The notes under the pieces are model-generated. The model was not told where the DNA came from, ran no database searches, and was given only the letters and a program-made list of their open reading frames with translations. 64,000 bases of DNA from Octopus sinensis (lineage: Eukaryota). The stretch is from assembly GCF_006345805.1 (NCBI RefSeq), contig NC_043007.1:38998001-39062000 (forward strand), read 5' to 3'. Within the stretch, counting starts at the first letter, position 1; each line of letters starts with the position of its first letter. Positions 14,187-27,695 of the stretch are shown one piece after another. A program made the translations under genes and the position numbers.

Positions 14187-14384
14187 GCATGGAATACTTA
14201 CACTCAGAACTCTTAGTTTCTCAACCGAGATTTATTCAATACTTGCTGTCAATTGTCAGCTATTGCAAGCTTAGGACGTGTTTTAAATGTATATTAAGCA
14301 TGTATTAGTAGCTGATGAACAACAGTGAGTAACGAATAAATTGCTGTTGAGAAACTCAGAGTGCTAAATGTAAGTGTTCCATGC
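14187..14384. mobile_element. Palindromic (TA)n-embedded element with two inverted decayed hammerheads
   Basis: Arms 14187-14262 and 14309-14384. Plus copy TAG CTGATGA A CAACAG..CTGTTG A GAAA CTC A GAG TG CTA, minus copy TAG CTGACAA..GAAA CTAAGAG TT CTG. Confidence 0.6.
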
Positions 14385-14388
14385 CCAT

Positions 14389-14420
<32 letters not shown>

Positions 14421-14427
<7 letters not shown>

Positions 14428-14726
14428 ATGTGACCGCCCAGGCCATCAGACGTTGCTACACATCGCTGGTCACAATGCGCTTCGTATTGTTTTAGCCTTC
14501 AATGACGCCACCCCGCTGGCTAATCGAGCAGACCATTTTCGTCTCAATCTCTTCGAACAAGTCAGGCGAGACATAGAGGACGACGATGGCATGACCGCCG
14601 CCGCCACCGCTAATATCCCAAAATGGCAATTCTACCGGTGATGCTGTCACTCACCTCATGAATGCGACAGCCAGACAGTGAACGCAAGCTAAGGCATGTG
14701 CCTTGAGTTTGAGACGCTTTTGGATG

Positions 14727-14727
<1 letters not shown>
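14421..14727 (-). mobile_element. 5'-truncated LINE-like 3' end sharing the SINE C tail, in (TA)n
   Basis: GC/CpG-rich insert between (TA)n tracts. Its last ~110 nt match the SINE C tail at ~40190-40306. Upstream it reads IQKRLKLKAHALACVHCLAVAFMR*. Confidence 0.6.
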
Positions 14728-14777
<50 letters not shown>

Positions 14778-14784
14778 GTGAGAA

Positions 14785-15070
14785 CACTTGGCTTAGTGGT
14801 TAGGATATTGCACTCATGATTGCAAGATCATGGTTTCAATTCCTAGACTGGGTGGTGCATTGTACTCTTGACCAAAACACATTATCTCATGCTGCTCTGC
14901 GATCACTTCAACACCTGATGCCTGGTACGCCATGGCATGTGTTCAGGCAATGTCGATTTGATGGAGAGAGAGAGATAATGCACAACACATACATTTGATC
15001 ACTATAAACAAACCATTTGTGCAGGTTGTTCGGCAAAACCTGAATGCTCACACATCATCTTCTAAAGGAG
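14785..15070 (+). mobile_element. CORE-like tRNA-derived SINE family E, decayed
   Basis: TGGCTTAGTGGTTAGG...GTTTCAATTCC head then CTTGACCAAAACAC core. Related copies at ~5000-5295(-), 22440-22690(-), 24570-24845(+), 45670-45895(+). Confidence 0.7.
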
Positions 15071-15916
15071 AGTGCACATATGTTTATTTACATACTCACA
15101 TATATTTGTGTGTGAATGTGTGTGTATCTTTCATTTTTTTATCTTTTACTTGCTTCAGTCGTTAGACCGTGGCCATACTGGGGCACTGCCTTGAAGAATT
15201 TTTTAGTCGATTGTATCACCTCCTGTACTTTTATTTTTATAGCCTGGTACTTATACTACCAGTCTCCTTTACCGAACCTCTAAGTTATGAGGACATAAAT
15301 ACACCAGCACCAGTTGTCAGGCAGTGGTAAGGGGACAACCACAGACAGAAACACACACAGACACACACACACGCACACACACACACACACATATATGACA
15401 GGTTTCTTTCAGTTTCAGTCTACCTAATTCACTCACAAGGCTTTGTCAGCCTGGGGCTATAGTAGAAGACACTTGCTCAAGGTGCCACTCATTGGGACTG
15501 AACCCAGGACCATGTGATTGGGAGGCAAGTTTCTCACCACACAGCCACACCTAATAATGCACTGCATACAATTCTGGATAATTTGAAAAGCAATATAAAG
15601 TCTACAATTGTTGATAACTTTAACTTCATCTAAGTATCATTTATTTAAAATATTCCTTCTATAGCATCTCTTTATCACCTTGTGTCTGTCCTCTTTTATG
15701 TATGTTAGAAATCTTCTTTGACTAATGCTTAGTACATTAGTGAGGAGACATAGCTATGACGTAGATGATGACGATCATAGTGAAGAGGATGATGTTGATG
15801 ATGATGACGATGATAGTTGTGATGATGATTTGGGCAATAATGATAATAATGATGATGATAAAGATTATGGTGGTGGTGGTGGTGGTGATATCGATGACAG
15901 GCACAATGATGACAAT

Positions 15917-16544
15917 GGTTCCCAATAAGGCTGCTTTTTGCAAGACATCAATTTTGCATTGGATTTCCAGTTGCCTTAAGAAGTCTTGAAGTTTTAATGG
16001 GATTGAACCCAATGCTCCAATCACCACTGGTGTCACTTTTACATTACCCTCTCGCATTCCGTACAGTTTTGCCATTTCCACTTTCAATTCAGAGTACTTG
16101 GCGATTTTTTCAACCTCTTTACTCACAATATTCATATAATTTGGTATGGCTACATCAATGATCTGACATCATTTGTCTCTCTTATTCAATATGACAATAT
16201 CCGGCCGATGGTGTTCAATTACATGATCCGTCTGAAATCATAGTCCCAGAGTATCGTTACTTTTCCATCCTCCTGCATAACTTTATTTGGTACATGATCA
16301 TACCAGTTCTCTGTAATTTTATATTGGTATCTATGGTATAAGAGCCAAAGAAGTTACATACACACTTTATCGTGGTGGCACTTGTATTCTTTTTGAGTAA
16401 GGCTCTCACATCCACTTACTAAGTGGATCATATTTCCCATGCTCTTGCCACAGAGTCTGTATTTCTGGTGTCAGAAGTTTTATAGATGTTATACTTCACT
16501 AACTTGGTAGCGAGAGCCTGGTCTTGTGCAGCAAAGATCAGGCT
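15917..16544 (-). pseudogene. R4/Dong-like RLE non-LTR retrotransposon fragment
   Basis: SLIFAAQDQAL, KYRLCGKS..HLVSGC..EYKCHHD (CCHC), ILWD, HRPDIV (PD-D/E nuclease), VIGALG, LQKAALLGT. Flanked by trinucleotide microsatellites. Confidence 0.88.
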
Positions 16545-16582
16545 TATTATTATTATTATCATCATTATTGTTATCATTATCA

Positions 16583-16632
<50 letters not shown>

Positions 16633-19600
16633 GTTGTGATTAAAAGTGTTGATAATGATATGATGATGATGATGACGATGATGACAATGACAACTTGTTA
16701 AGTCAGTTAGGAATCCCACCCACCAAAAAGGAAAAAGAAAAATTAAAATGCACAAAATAAAACAAACAAGCATAATAAACAATCACATACCATGTTTGGA
16801 GAGTGGTGGTCCTTAATTGATTCAGAAACCCCTGAAAAGAAAAAAGTTAAATTAACACTTTGTATATTTATAAACATGAAATGAAATAAATTAGGTTTAA
16901 ATTATGAAGGTCAAACTGGTTCAATAATTAGAAAATACAATGATAAGAAGACTTTCTAATTTTAGCACCAGGCCAGCAATATGAGTGGAGGAGGTAAGTT
17001 AAGGTCTTTGACCCCAGTAATTGACTGCTCATGCAAAGGTTTTAAGTGAAGGGTGGTTTACACAACACTACAATGACACACACTCATAATATCAAGGAAC
17101 CCAGATACAAGCAAAGTGCAAGATAACTGGTTCAGTAGAACAGAGAGTTTTAGATACAAGTTGGCCTTCTCTTAGATTCATCATCCTCATCAACACTTTA
17201 ACCACAAACTCCTGTATCCTTGATGTATTGTCACATGAAAATCAGCATCACACACTGATTGACCACAATGGCCCTTTGAATTGCAGTCCATCTGACAAAC
17301 AGCTATAGTTTCCATCTACCCAATTACACTTACCTAGGCTTTAATAAAAGATGCTTACCCAAAATGCCCATGCAAAGAGATTGAACCTAGAATCTCAGAT
17401 TGTGAGATAAACTTAGTGAGATTCGGTAGTGTTGATGTGTCCACACATAGAGGATCATCATCATCGTTTAACGTCCGTTTTCCGTGCTAGCACAGGTTGG
17501 AGGGTTTGACCGGGTTCTGGGAAGCCAGAAGGCTGCACCAGGCTCCAGTCTGATCTGGCAGTGTTTCTACAGCTGGATGCCCTTCCTAACATCAACCACT
17601 CCGTGAGTGTAGTGGGTGCTTTTTATGTGCCACGGGCACAGGTGCCAGGGGAGGCTGGCAGTGACCACGATTAGTTAGTGCTTTTTACATGCCACCGGCA
17701 CAGAAGCCAGTCAAGGCGGTGGCCAAAAAATCTCTCTTGCATTTTACAGTTTGATAAACATTACAACTGAAAACACCAGTTATACACCAGCTTAAACCAC
17801 AGTATTAACTGCAAACAAAACATTGAAATATTATCTACACGACGACACTATTATCGTTTTCCTAACTTCCTCAGCACCATAACAATAGTCATGTAAAATA
17901 AGGGAGGTTTTTCTGCTGCACACTGCTTAAGGCTATGAATGTTAGTGTTACATGCATATATTACACTTTTTTTTTCTCATTCATTTATATAAAGAAAAGG
18001 TGGGATGATTCTGCATTGATCAGTGTTCTTCTGACCAGCTGGCTGCCAGCTTGTTATTGTTGGCAACCACTCCTTTATGCACATTGTAATTGATTGATGC
18101 AGTTGTTGCTGTTGTTATTATTATTGTGACTGCTGCTGCTGTGTTGTTGTTGTTGTTGTCGTTTAGCCACAGGTCAACCTGACTAAAACAAATCTACAAT
18201 CACAAGCATTCAGAATGTGACAATCCCATCTTTTTTTGTGTGTGTGTAGTGGTATCTAGAACTACATCATTAACTGTGTACTTCCTTATATTTTAAAGAT
18301 AGTATGGTGTGATTTGCAGGAGAAGGAAGATTTGGCTGCTGTTTCTAACAATCTGAGTGACAAGGCATGTACTCCTTTATTGGTTTATCCTGATGCACTT
18401 TTGTACATATAGGCAGAGTCTATAAAAGAAGAGATCAGCAAGAATATCGGAAGGAGTATGGGAGCAGGAATATAGCCTTACTTTACTCCATTGTGAATTG
18501 GAACTTTATAAGACAATTTTTTATTATAGACAACCTGAGCCTTTATATCTGAGCCTTAAACATACAGACAAACAATGATGGGAACCTGACCTTTCCAAGG
18601 ATTGTTCACAGTGCATCCCTGTTAAATGTATCAAAAGCTTTCATTGAATCAACAAAGACTTGATACAAAGGCACCTTCTGTTCAGTGCATTTCTCTTGTA
18701 TCTGTTTCACAGAGAATCTCAACTTGATTGTTCCTCTACCTCATCGATAACCATTTTGTGATTTACAGATGATTGTGAGACAAATATCTTCCATCAGCCT
18801 ATTCAAAAAATGTCTAACAAGTACTTTACCATCAGCTTCCAGGTGTGTGGACTGGAGCAATGTGAAATGAAGTGTTTTGCTCAAGAACACAATGCATCAC
18901 CTGGTCCAGGAGTCGAAACCACAACCTTACGATCATGAGTTCAACATCCTAACCACTAAGCCACGTGCCTCCACTATGGTGAGGAAATGATACCAAAGAA
19001 AATTTTTTATTTCCTCTTTTGTTATATAATAACTCTGCAAACAACATTTCCAGAATTTCCAACTTTAATATGTGCCTCACATCAATATAATAACTACAAC
19101 AACATACTGGATTGTAATAATGGAATGAGCAGATGGAATAAGCTTTGAGAGGACACAGCTTTGATGTTAGCTTACCTACATTATACATATGTATAATCCT
19201 ATTTAATTGCTTACTTGATAATTCATTAATATAATTAATGGCAGACGTAAACATTGCTCAGAGGTTGTTAATTGCATAATATTATTTTTGCCAATTTGTG
19301 GGAGAAAAAATCGACAAATTGAAGCACAAAATTGAAGGTGTATTTGATTTTGAATCTGTCAGAAAGTATGAAGAATGAATAGATACGTTATTGTTTGGAT
19401 TCTCAAGGTGGCAAGCTGGTAGAAACGTTAGCACACTGGGTGAAATGCTTAGCGGTACTGTCTGCCGCTACATTCTGAGTTCAAATTCCGCCGAGGTCGA
19501 CTTTGCCTTTCATCCTTTCGGGGTCGATTTAATAAGTACCAGTTATGCACTGGGGGGGGTCGATATAATTGACTTAATCCATTTGTCTGTCCTTGTTTGT

Positions 19601-19922
19601 CCTCTCTGTGGGTAGTAAAGAAATAGGTACTTTGTCTGTCTTTACATTCTGAGTTCAAATTCCACTGAGATCGACTTTGCCTTTCATTCTTTTGTGGGGG
19701 ATGGGGGGTGGGGTCAATAAATTAAGTACCAGTTGTGTACTGGAGTCGATCTAATCGACTAGCCCTCACCCTCAAAATTTTGGACCTTGTGCCTGGAGGA
19801 GAAAAGGTTATTGTCTGGATTCTCACAGTTCTGCAGGTAAAAGGGTAAAGGTAACAACCTCCTTTGGTCATGAATGACCATGGGATTGCATCTAGAGATC
19901 ATAGGATTGCACCATAGTCCAC

Positions 19923-20110
19923 ATTGCAAGAATTTGGACTATGAGGAGAGTGTCTGTCATCCCAGTAGTTGTAGGCGTACTTGGAGCACTGACAATCAAG
20001 TTCGAGAAATATGACAGAGGAATTGGAACTGACATGGGAGCAGAGCAAGCCCACCCAAAACTGCTCTGCTTGGGACACCTAGGATTTTGAGGCTGGTACT
20101 TGGATGTTGA
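19923..20110 (+). pseudogene. Second RLE LINE ORF C-terminus
   Basis: IARIWTMRRVSVIPVVVGVLGAL...KTALLGTPRILRLVLGC* with a frameshift. Confidence 0.75.
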
Positions 20111-20947
20111 ATGTCTTCCACAATAATTAACATGGAGGTACATGGCCTAGTGGTTAGAGCAGCGGACTCCCGGTCCCTCGACCGCGAGTTCAAATCTCAG
20201 ACCAGGTGATGTGTGTGTTTAAGAGCGAAACACCTAAGCTCTATGCAGCTCCGGCAGAAGGTCATGGCGAAACTTCTGCTGACTCTTTCGCCACAACTTT
20301 CTCTCACTCTTTCCTCCTGCATTTTGCAGCTCACCTGTGACGGACTGGCATCCCGTTCAGGTGGGGAACCTATACGCCAAGGAAACCGGGAAACTGGCCC
20401 TTATGAGCCAGGCATGGTTCGAGAAGGAACAAGCAACAATAATTAACAAGCAAGTATTGAAGCTTATAATGTGCAGAAAGAGACCCTGTGCAACCTCAGA
20501 CAACAGTCTGCTGTTCACTCTCACAGAATCAACAAGAGTGAACAAGACTGAGCACTCTCAGAAATAAAACAACAACAACAACAATAATAATAATAATAAT
20601 AATAATAATTATTATTATTATTATTATTATTGTTGATGTGAGAACTGTTGCTGCTCATGTATTTTAATTTAACTTAAAAAAAAAAAAAAAAAAAAAAAAT
20701 GAACGAACTATTGAGTTTGGTTAATGGCCTACCAATGTATACTATGAGTTTCTTTGCCCTAGGAGTCGGGAAGACACTCGGCAAGAAATGGAAGCAAATT
20801 TGAAAGAAGAAAAAAAAAAAGTAATAATAATAATAATAATAATAATCTTCCCTGTTTCATTCCACTTTTAGAATACGTGCTGCTGCAGTTAGTACAATAA
20901 TAACAACAATAATGAAAAGTGTATATCAGTGTAAAAACTTTAATTAC

Positions 20948-21034
20948 CTTCATCTACCTGAATGCTGTCAATGTTATCTGAGAATGCTGGGTTATCAAGA
21001 GGTTTTCCTCTGGGAGATTTTCTCATTTGTTTAA
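20948..21034 (-). CDS. Host gene exon (87 nt) with DNPAF motif
   Basis: Acceptor ttcttctattctttacctctatttacag|, donor aag|gtaatt. Phase 1-1, open: xKQMRKSPRGKPLDNPAFSDNIDSIQVDE. Confidence 0.75.
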
Positions 21035-23888
21035 CTGTAAATAGAGGTAAAGAATAGAAGAAAATCAATCATAAGACATCTGTGATTGAGGCAAAAAAAC
21101 CCCGAAAACCCACAGACAAACAAAAATACAAGTATGACTAGAAAAACCATGTAACTGTAATCTTTTGTAATTATCTTTTGCTATAACCGTTGGTCCATTG
21201 GTGGATTTTTCCAATCATGTCTTATATTATATAGATACAAGGGGAGACTGAAAGATATATACAGAGAATTAACATTAGAGGTACTAAATAAGTGCACATA
21301 CTTGGCTTGGTGACAGGCAATGAGTAAAAAAAAACATTTATCAATTAATTAATTAATGGAACTGTTACCTCCTCAATCATTCTTGTTAGACCATAAAACC
21401 TATTCATTATTTGTCTGATTACTATTATATTCTGTGATTAATGTACCAACCTAACAATTGGTGAATGAAAACAGTATACCATTTTTAAGTGGTGTCGACA
21501 TAAAAGCAAACATGAGAATGAATACACACAGACATACACACAATATATATATATTTTTTTCTTTTATTTATTTTTTTCTTTTATTTGTTTCAGTCATTTG
21601 ACTGCAGCCATGCTGGAGCACCACCTTTAGTCGAGCAAATCGACCCCAGGACTTACTCTTTGTAAGCCTAGTACTTATTCTATCGGTCTCTCTTGCCAAA
21701 CCGCTAAGTGATGGAGACGTAAACACACCAGCATCGGTTGTCAAGTGATGTTGGGGTGACAAACACAGACACACAAACATACACACACAAACACACACAC
21801 ACATATTTATATATGACAGGCTTCTTTCAGTTTCCGTCTAACAAATCCACTCACAAGGCTTTGGTCAGCCCAAGGCTATAGTAGAAGACACTTGCCCAAG
21901 GTGCCACGCAGTGGGACTGAACCTGGAACCATGTGGCTGGTAAGCAAGCTACTTACCACACAGCCACTCCTGCGCCTATATATATATACATATATACATA
22001 TAAATATATTGATATATATTGATATAAATATATATATTGATATATCACAGCACGCTAACATAAACCTCACCCGCATGACTTTATCCTTTACAGAAAGAAA
22101 ATAGACCAATGAGCAGAGCTATATATACCTACAACCCCAGAACAAAATTATATATATGACACTGCTACACACACCACATACACCTCATCCCCACAAGAGC
22201 ACCACATTAATAATACACACTTTCCCACTTCAAAATAACTCATGTCGGCTTCACACCATACCCTAGTTGTCTCTTGAGGTCTCTGGGTGAGATTTGGAGC
22301 CAACTTGTACAAATGTAAAGCAAAAGTCAAACATAAAATAATAATAATAATGATAATAAAATAATAATAATAATAATAATAACAACAACAACAACAATGT
22401 GATGGACCCTTCAGTCAATGATGACATACGAGCATTCAGCTTTTGCTAAACGACCTGCACAAATGATTTGTTTATAGTGATCAAATGTTTGTGCTGTGCA
22501 TTATCTCTCTCTCTCCATCAAATTGACATTGTCTGAACAGGTGCACAGTGCCCCACATGTCAGATATCAAAGTGATTGCAGGGCAATGTGAGATGAAGAG
22601 TTTTGCTCAAGAATACAACACACCACACAGTCTTAGGAACTGAAATTATGATTGTTAGGTCGTGAGTGCAACACCTTAACCACTAAGCCATAATAATAAT
22701 GATTTAAAATTTTGGCACAATTCGGGGAGAGGGGTTAAGTTGTTTAAATCAACCCCAGTACTCAACTGGCACTTATTTAATTGACCCCAAAAGAATGAAA
22801 GGCAAAAGTGACCACAGTGGAATTTGAACTCATAACATAAAGAAGGACAAAATGCTGCAATGTATTTTGTATGGCGTGCTAATGATTCTGTCAGTTCATC
22901 ACCTTAATAATAGTAATAATCCTATCTACTACAGGCCAAGGAATAAAATTTGTGGGGAGAGGGCGAGTTGATTACATCCACCCCAATTTGTTCCTTCTCG
23001 AGCCACACCTGGCTCATAAGGGCCAGTTTCCCGGTTTCCATGGCATATAGGTTCCCCACTGGACGAAATGCCGGTCCGTCACAGGTGAGCTGTTAGATGA
23101 GGGAGGAAAGAGTGAGAGAAAGTTGTGGCGAAAGAGTCAGCAAAAGTTCGCCATTACCTTCTGCTGGAGCCGCATGGAGCTTAGGCATTTCACTCATAAA
23201 CACACACATTGCCCGGACTGAGATTCGAACCCGTGATCCCTCGACCATGAATCCACTGCTCTAACCACTAGGCCATGTGTCTCCTAAAAATGCGCCTTTT
23301 TAAAGCCTAGCCAGGCTCATCTACCCCAGTGTGCAACTGGTACCTATTTCATCAATCTTGAAAAGATGAAAAGCAAAGTTCAACCTTGGCAGAATTTGAA
23401 CTCAGAACATGAGAATGAATGAAATGCCGCTAAGCATGTTGTCCGGCATGCTAGTGATTCTGCCAGCTCACCGCCTTAGCTAAAAGACACATTATTGGAC
23501 ATATACATAAGTAACACTATGCACACACATACACACACACACACAAGTATATACGCATACATGCACATGCAGACAATAGACTGCTGCACTTCTGGGCCAA
23601 TCAATGGTAGTCCAAGCAATAGATCAATATAAGAGAATAAAACATACTTCTAGGTTATACACACAGTTCTGCTTTCCAAACTGGAACAGCTATCTCACAC
23701 TCAATACACCATAACCCCCCCACCCCACCCAAACACCCCCACCCCCACCACCACCATCATACACACTTATATATGTTTTGTTAAAATTGTATCCACCATA
23801 TTTTTATACAAGATGTTGACACTCATTAAGAGTTTGACTACTGTGTTCTAAGTGACTTTGTTATGATCCAATGAACAGATAAACCTGG

Positions 23889-23929
<41 letters not shown>

Positions 23930-23994
23930 CGTGTGTGTGCACGCATGTGTGTGTGGTTGTGTGCGTGCACATGTGTATGTATGTATATATAAAT

Positions 23995-24157
23995 ATAATT
24001 ATAATTAGGGTTCAGCTAACTGCTTCACCACATACCGAAATTAGAAAAAGGAATTAGAAATTCCTTTTCTGCTACTATAAGAATCTTGATGCTGGTAACA
24101 CCTTTCTCTAATTTCGGTATGTGGTGAAACAATTAGCTGAACCCTACTTATAATTAT
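23995..24157. repeat. Palindromic element (~60 bp arms)
   Basis: ATAATTATAATTAGGGTTCAGCTAACTGCTTCACCACATACCGAAATTAGA and its reverse complement. The arm resembles the 90-bp direct repeat at 38603/39186. Confidence 0.8.
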
Positions 24158-25466
24158 GTGGATAATTTTACCTATAAAGGTTATTTTAACATACTGATCT
24201 ACTTGATACAATTGTTAATTAATTGATTAATTAATTAATTAATTAATTTAATTAATAAATTTTTTCCTTCTGTTATTGATTTATGTCGGTGGCACATAAA
24301 AAACACCATCTGAGCGTGGCCGTCTGCCAGCCTCGTCTGGCACCTGTGTCGGTGGCACATAAAATCACCCACTACACTCTCGGAGTGGTTGGTGTTAGGA
24401 AGGGCATCCAGCTGTAGAAACACTGCCAGATCTGACTGGCTTGGTGCAGCCTTCGGGCTTGCCAGACCCCAGTTGAACCGTCCAACCCATGCTAGCATGG
24501 AAAGCGGACGTTAAACGATGATGATGATGATGATGATGATGATATAAATATATATACACACACACACTCTAACCTAATGGTTAGGGTTTTTGTGCTCATG
24601 ATTGTAAGATCAGGGTTTCAATTCCTAGACTTGGTGGTACATTGCGTTCTCAAGCAAAACACTTCATCTCGCATTGCTCTGCAATCACTCTGACACCTGA
24701 TGCTTGGTGCACCGTGCAACTGTTCAGGGAATGTTGATTTGATGGCGGGGGTGAGCTAATGCACAGCTCATACATTTGATCGCTATAAAGAAATCATTTG
24801 TGCAGGTTGAACACCCATACATCATCTTCAATGGGAGAATCCATCATATATATTATTCTTAAAGAAAAATGTTGCTGACAGTGACTTCGAAATTTAGGAC
24901 AGCTAAGCCATCACTGGATAATGGCTTAACTTGCTGAAACTTTAAAGTCACTTTTGTTTAAGAACAATAAATTTGTACTCTACAAAAGTTTAGAGTAACC
25001 CACAAAATAAATGTAAAATTAAAGATTTTCTAACTAGCTGCTTTCCTTGTTTTTATTACAACTGAACATAAAACAAATATCAATGTAACTACACACATGC
25101 GGTTGGCGATCTCTTTTCTTTCTTTGGACTTTTCCTTCTTTGGATTTTTCCCCCTTCTTCTTTCCGACAAAGAGCTATGCTCAAAATGCTAAAAGTTGTC
25201 TCTTTTTATTGAGCAGCAAACTAATACATTCCCTGTGCACATCCCCTTGTTGTCTGTTAAATTTATCATTCATCTATTTGAATTGTTTGCTTATTTGAAT
25301 TGACTTTATATATATATACACACATAATATATATTATTAGGGTCAACGATATATATTAGATAAATGTGCCTGGTGTACCCTTATCGGACAGGTAGTCATG
25401 ATGGGTATACTGGGCTTCATATATTTTAATCCAGTGTCACTTTAATGGCATGCACTGCTTTCTCAC

Positions 25467-25469
25467 TCA

Positions 25470-25522
<53 letters not shown>

Positions 25523-25734
25523 TATATATATACATACATATATATATATACATACATATATATATATATATATATATTCTTTGTCCAATCTTCTCTAATT
25601 TATAGACATATATATATAAATATATCTTATTTTTTTTATATATGATTTGGTTTATGTCTATCATTGTTGGAATTGCATAATAGTGGCTTTTCTCTAATTT
25701 ATATATTATATATATATATTATATATATATATAT

Positions 25735-25767
<33 letters not shown>

Positions 25768-25813
25768 GTATATATATATATATATTATGTATATATATAT
25801 ATATGTGTGTGTG

Positions 25814-25844
<31 letters not shown>

Positions 25845-26470
25845 ATATATATATATATATGTATGTATGTATGTATGTATATATATGTGTATATATATAT
25901 ATACATATACATATATACATATATATATGTGTGTATATGTATATATATATATATATGTGTATGTATGTATATATATGTGTATATATATATATACATATAC
26001 ATATGTATACATATATATATACATATATATATATATATACATATATATGTACATATATATACATATATATACATATCTTGGTGTTAAACTGATGGTATTA
26101 TTAAATTAATATCTCATTTTTTACCCTCATTTATGAGTGTATATATACATATATATACATATATATACCACATATATATACACATATATATAACATATTA
26201 TACATATATACACATATATATATACATATATATACACATATATATATACATATATAACATATATATACATATATATAATATATATATATATTATATATAT
26301 ATATTATATATATATAATATATATATATAATATATATATATATATACTATACATATATATATACATATACATATATATTACATATACATATATATATACA
26401 TATATATATACATATACATATATATATAGATATATATATATAATATATATATGTATATATGTATATATAT
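25467..26470. repeat. ~1 kb compound (TA)n/(TACA)n microsatellite with small inserts
   Basis: Directly visible. Source of the YI/IY ORF artefacts. Confidence 0.95.
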
Positions 26471-26854
26471 ACATGCATACATGTATATAATAGGGATGAC
26501 CACTAAGTGGACATCCAATATGCTAGAAGAAGATCACCTACAATCTAACTACAAAGAAAAGAATGTTCTCTAGAAAAATTCAGCAAACACCAGAACATAG
26601 ATGTATATTGATATTTCAGTTATTGATATTTTGCTCAGGCATTGCGATGCTAATAAACTGGTGTTAGAACTCAATACACATATGCTTCAGTATGAAGTGT
26701 CAGTCAAGTACAAAACAGTTATAAGAAATTGGGATGACAACGGAGTAAATAATCATGTTATGAACTTCATTAGCTTGCAGCTGTTTCTGCTAAAAGATGC
26801 AATGCACTCATAGTTGAATGCTTGAGTATCTATAGCTTCATCAGAGCTTCAAAC

Positions 26855-26894
<40 letters not shown>

Positions 26895-27371
26895 ACACAC
26901 ATATATATGCCCCTCCCCCACATACTCCACCCCCACACATCTTTTATCTTATACTTGCTTCAGTCTTAGACTGTTGCCATGCTGGGGCACTGCCGTGAAG
27001 AACTATAAGTCAAGTGAATCAACCCCAGTACTTTATTCAAGCCTAGTATACTTATTGTATTGATCTTTTTTGCTGAATCACTAAGTTATGGATGATGTAA
27101 ACACATTAATACCAGTTGTTATGTGGTGGTAAGAGACAAAGACACACACACACATTCATATATATATTTATAGCCATGAAACACGTGTATTCATTTTACC
27201 AAATATATACGTTTTATTTATTATTTTGTACATTACTTAGTCATTATTATATGTTTTTATCTTATATTTAATTCTTTTATAGAGGTTGTAATTTTTTTCT
27301 ATATGGTATAATTTAATTTTTTCATTGTTGAATTGATAAAAGGTGTTTTTTTTCTAATTTATACATATATG

Positions 27372-27410
<39 letters not shown>

Positions 27411-27414
27411 GTAG

Positions 27415-27695
27415 ATGTAATATGTGACAATTATTCGGTAGCCAAGATAAAACTCCGAGTTTCAAATGCCGAGGTGGAAATCCACGCCACCATCTCTTCA
27501 GTTATCCAGCCATTGGAAAAACGCTATAGCCAGATAACTGAAGAGATGGTGGCATGGATTTCCACCTCAGCATTCGAAACTCGGAATTTTATCTTGGCTA
27601 CTGAATAATTGTCACATATTACATTTACTGTTAAATTCCTCTATTTACATAATATCGAGGTTTCTTTCTTTTGTTATCTTACTGTTTTTATCAAT
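27415..27695. mobile_element. Palindromic (TA)n-embedded element with two inverted hammerheads
   Basis: Arms 27415-27507 and 27532-27624. Family members at 45935-46162 and 56055-56125. Confidence 0.75.
27445..27507 (-). ncRNA. Type I hammerhead ribozyme fold
   Basis: GGAUAA CUGAAGA G..U GAAA CUC G GAG UU UUAUCU, with a 6-bp stem I and GUU cleavage triplet. The plus-strand mirror at 27532-27594 has a stem III mismatch. Confidence 0.7.

Noticed and set aside
22060-22100. 15-nt microexon (aag|GATAAAGTCATGCGG|gtgagg)
   Set aside because: The phase needed to join exon 20948-21034 contains a stop codon.
25664-26330. ORF-track entries rich in YI/IY/CV/HT (also at 7497-7860, 47167-47647, 55719-56393 and elsewhere)
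   Set aside because: Translations of TA/CA microsatellites, with no splice or homology support.
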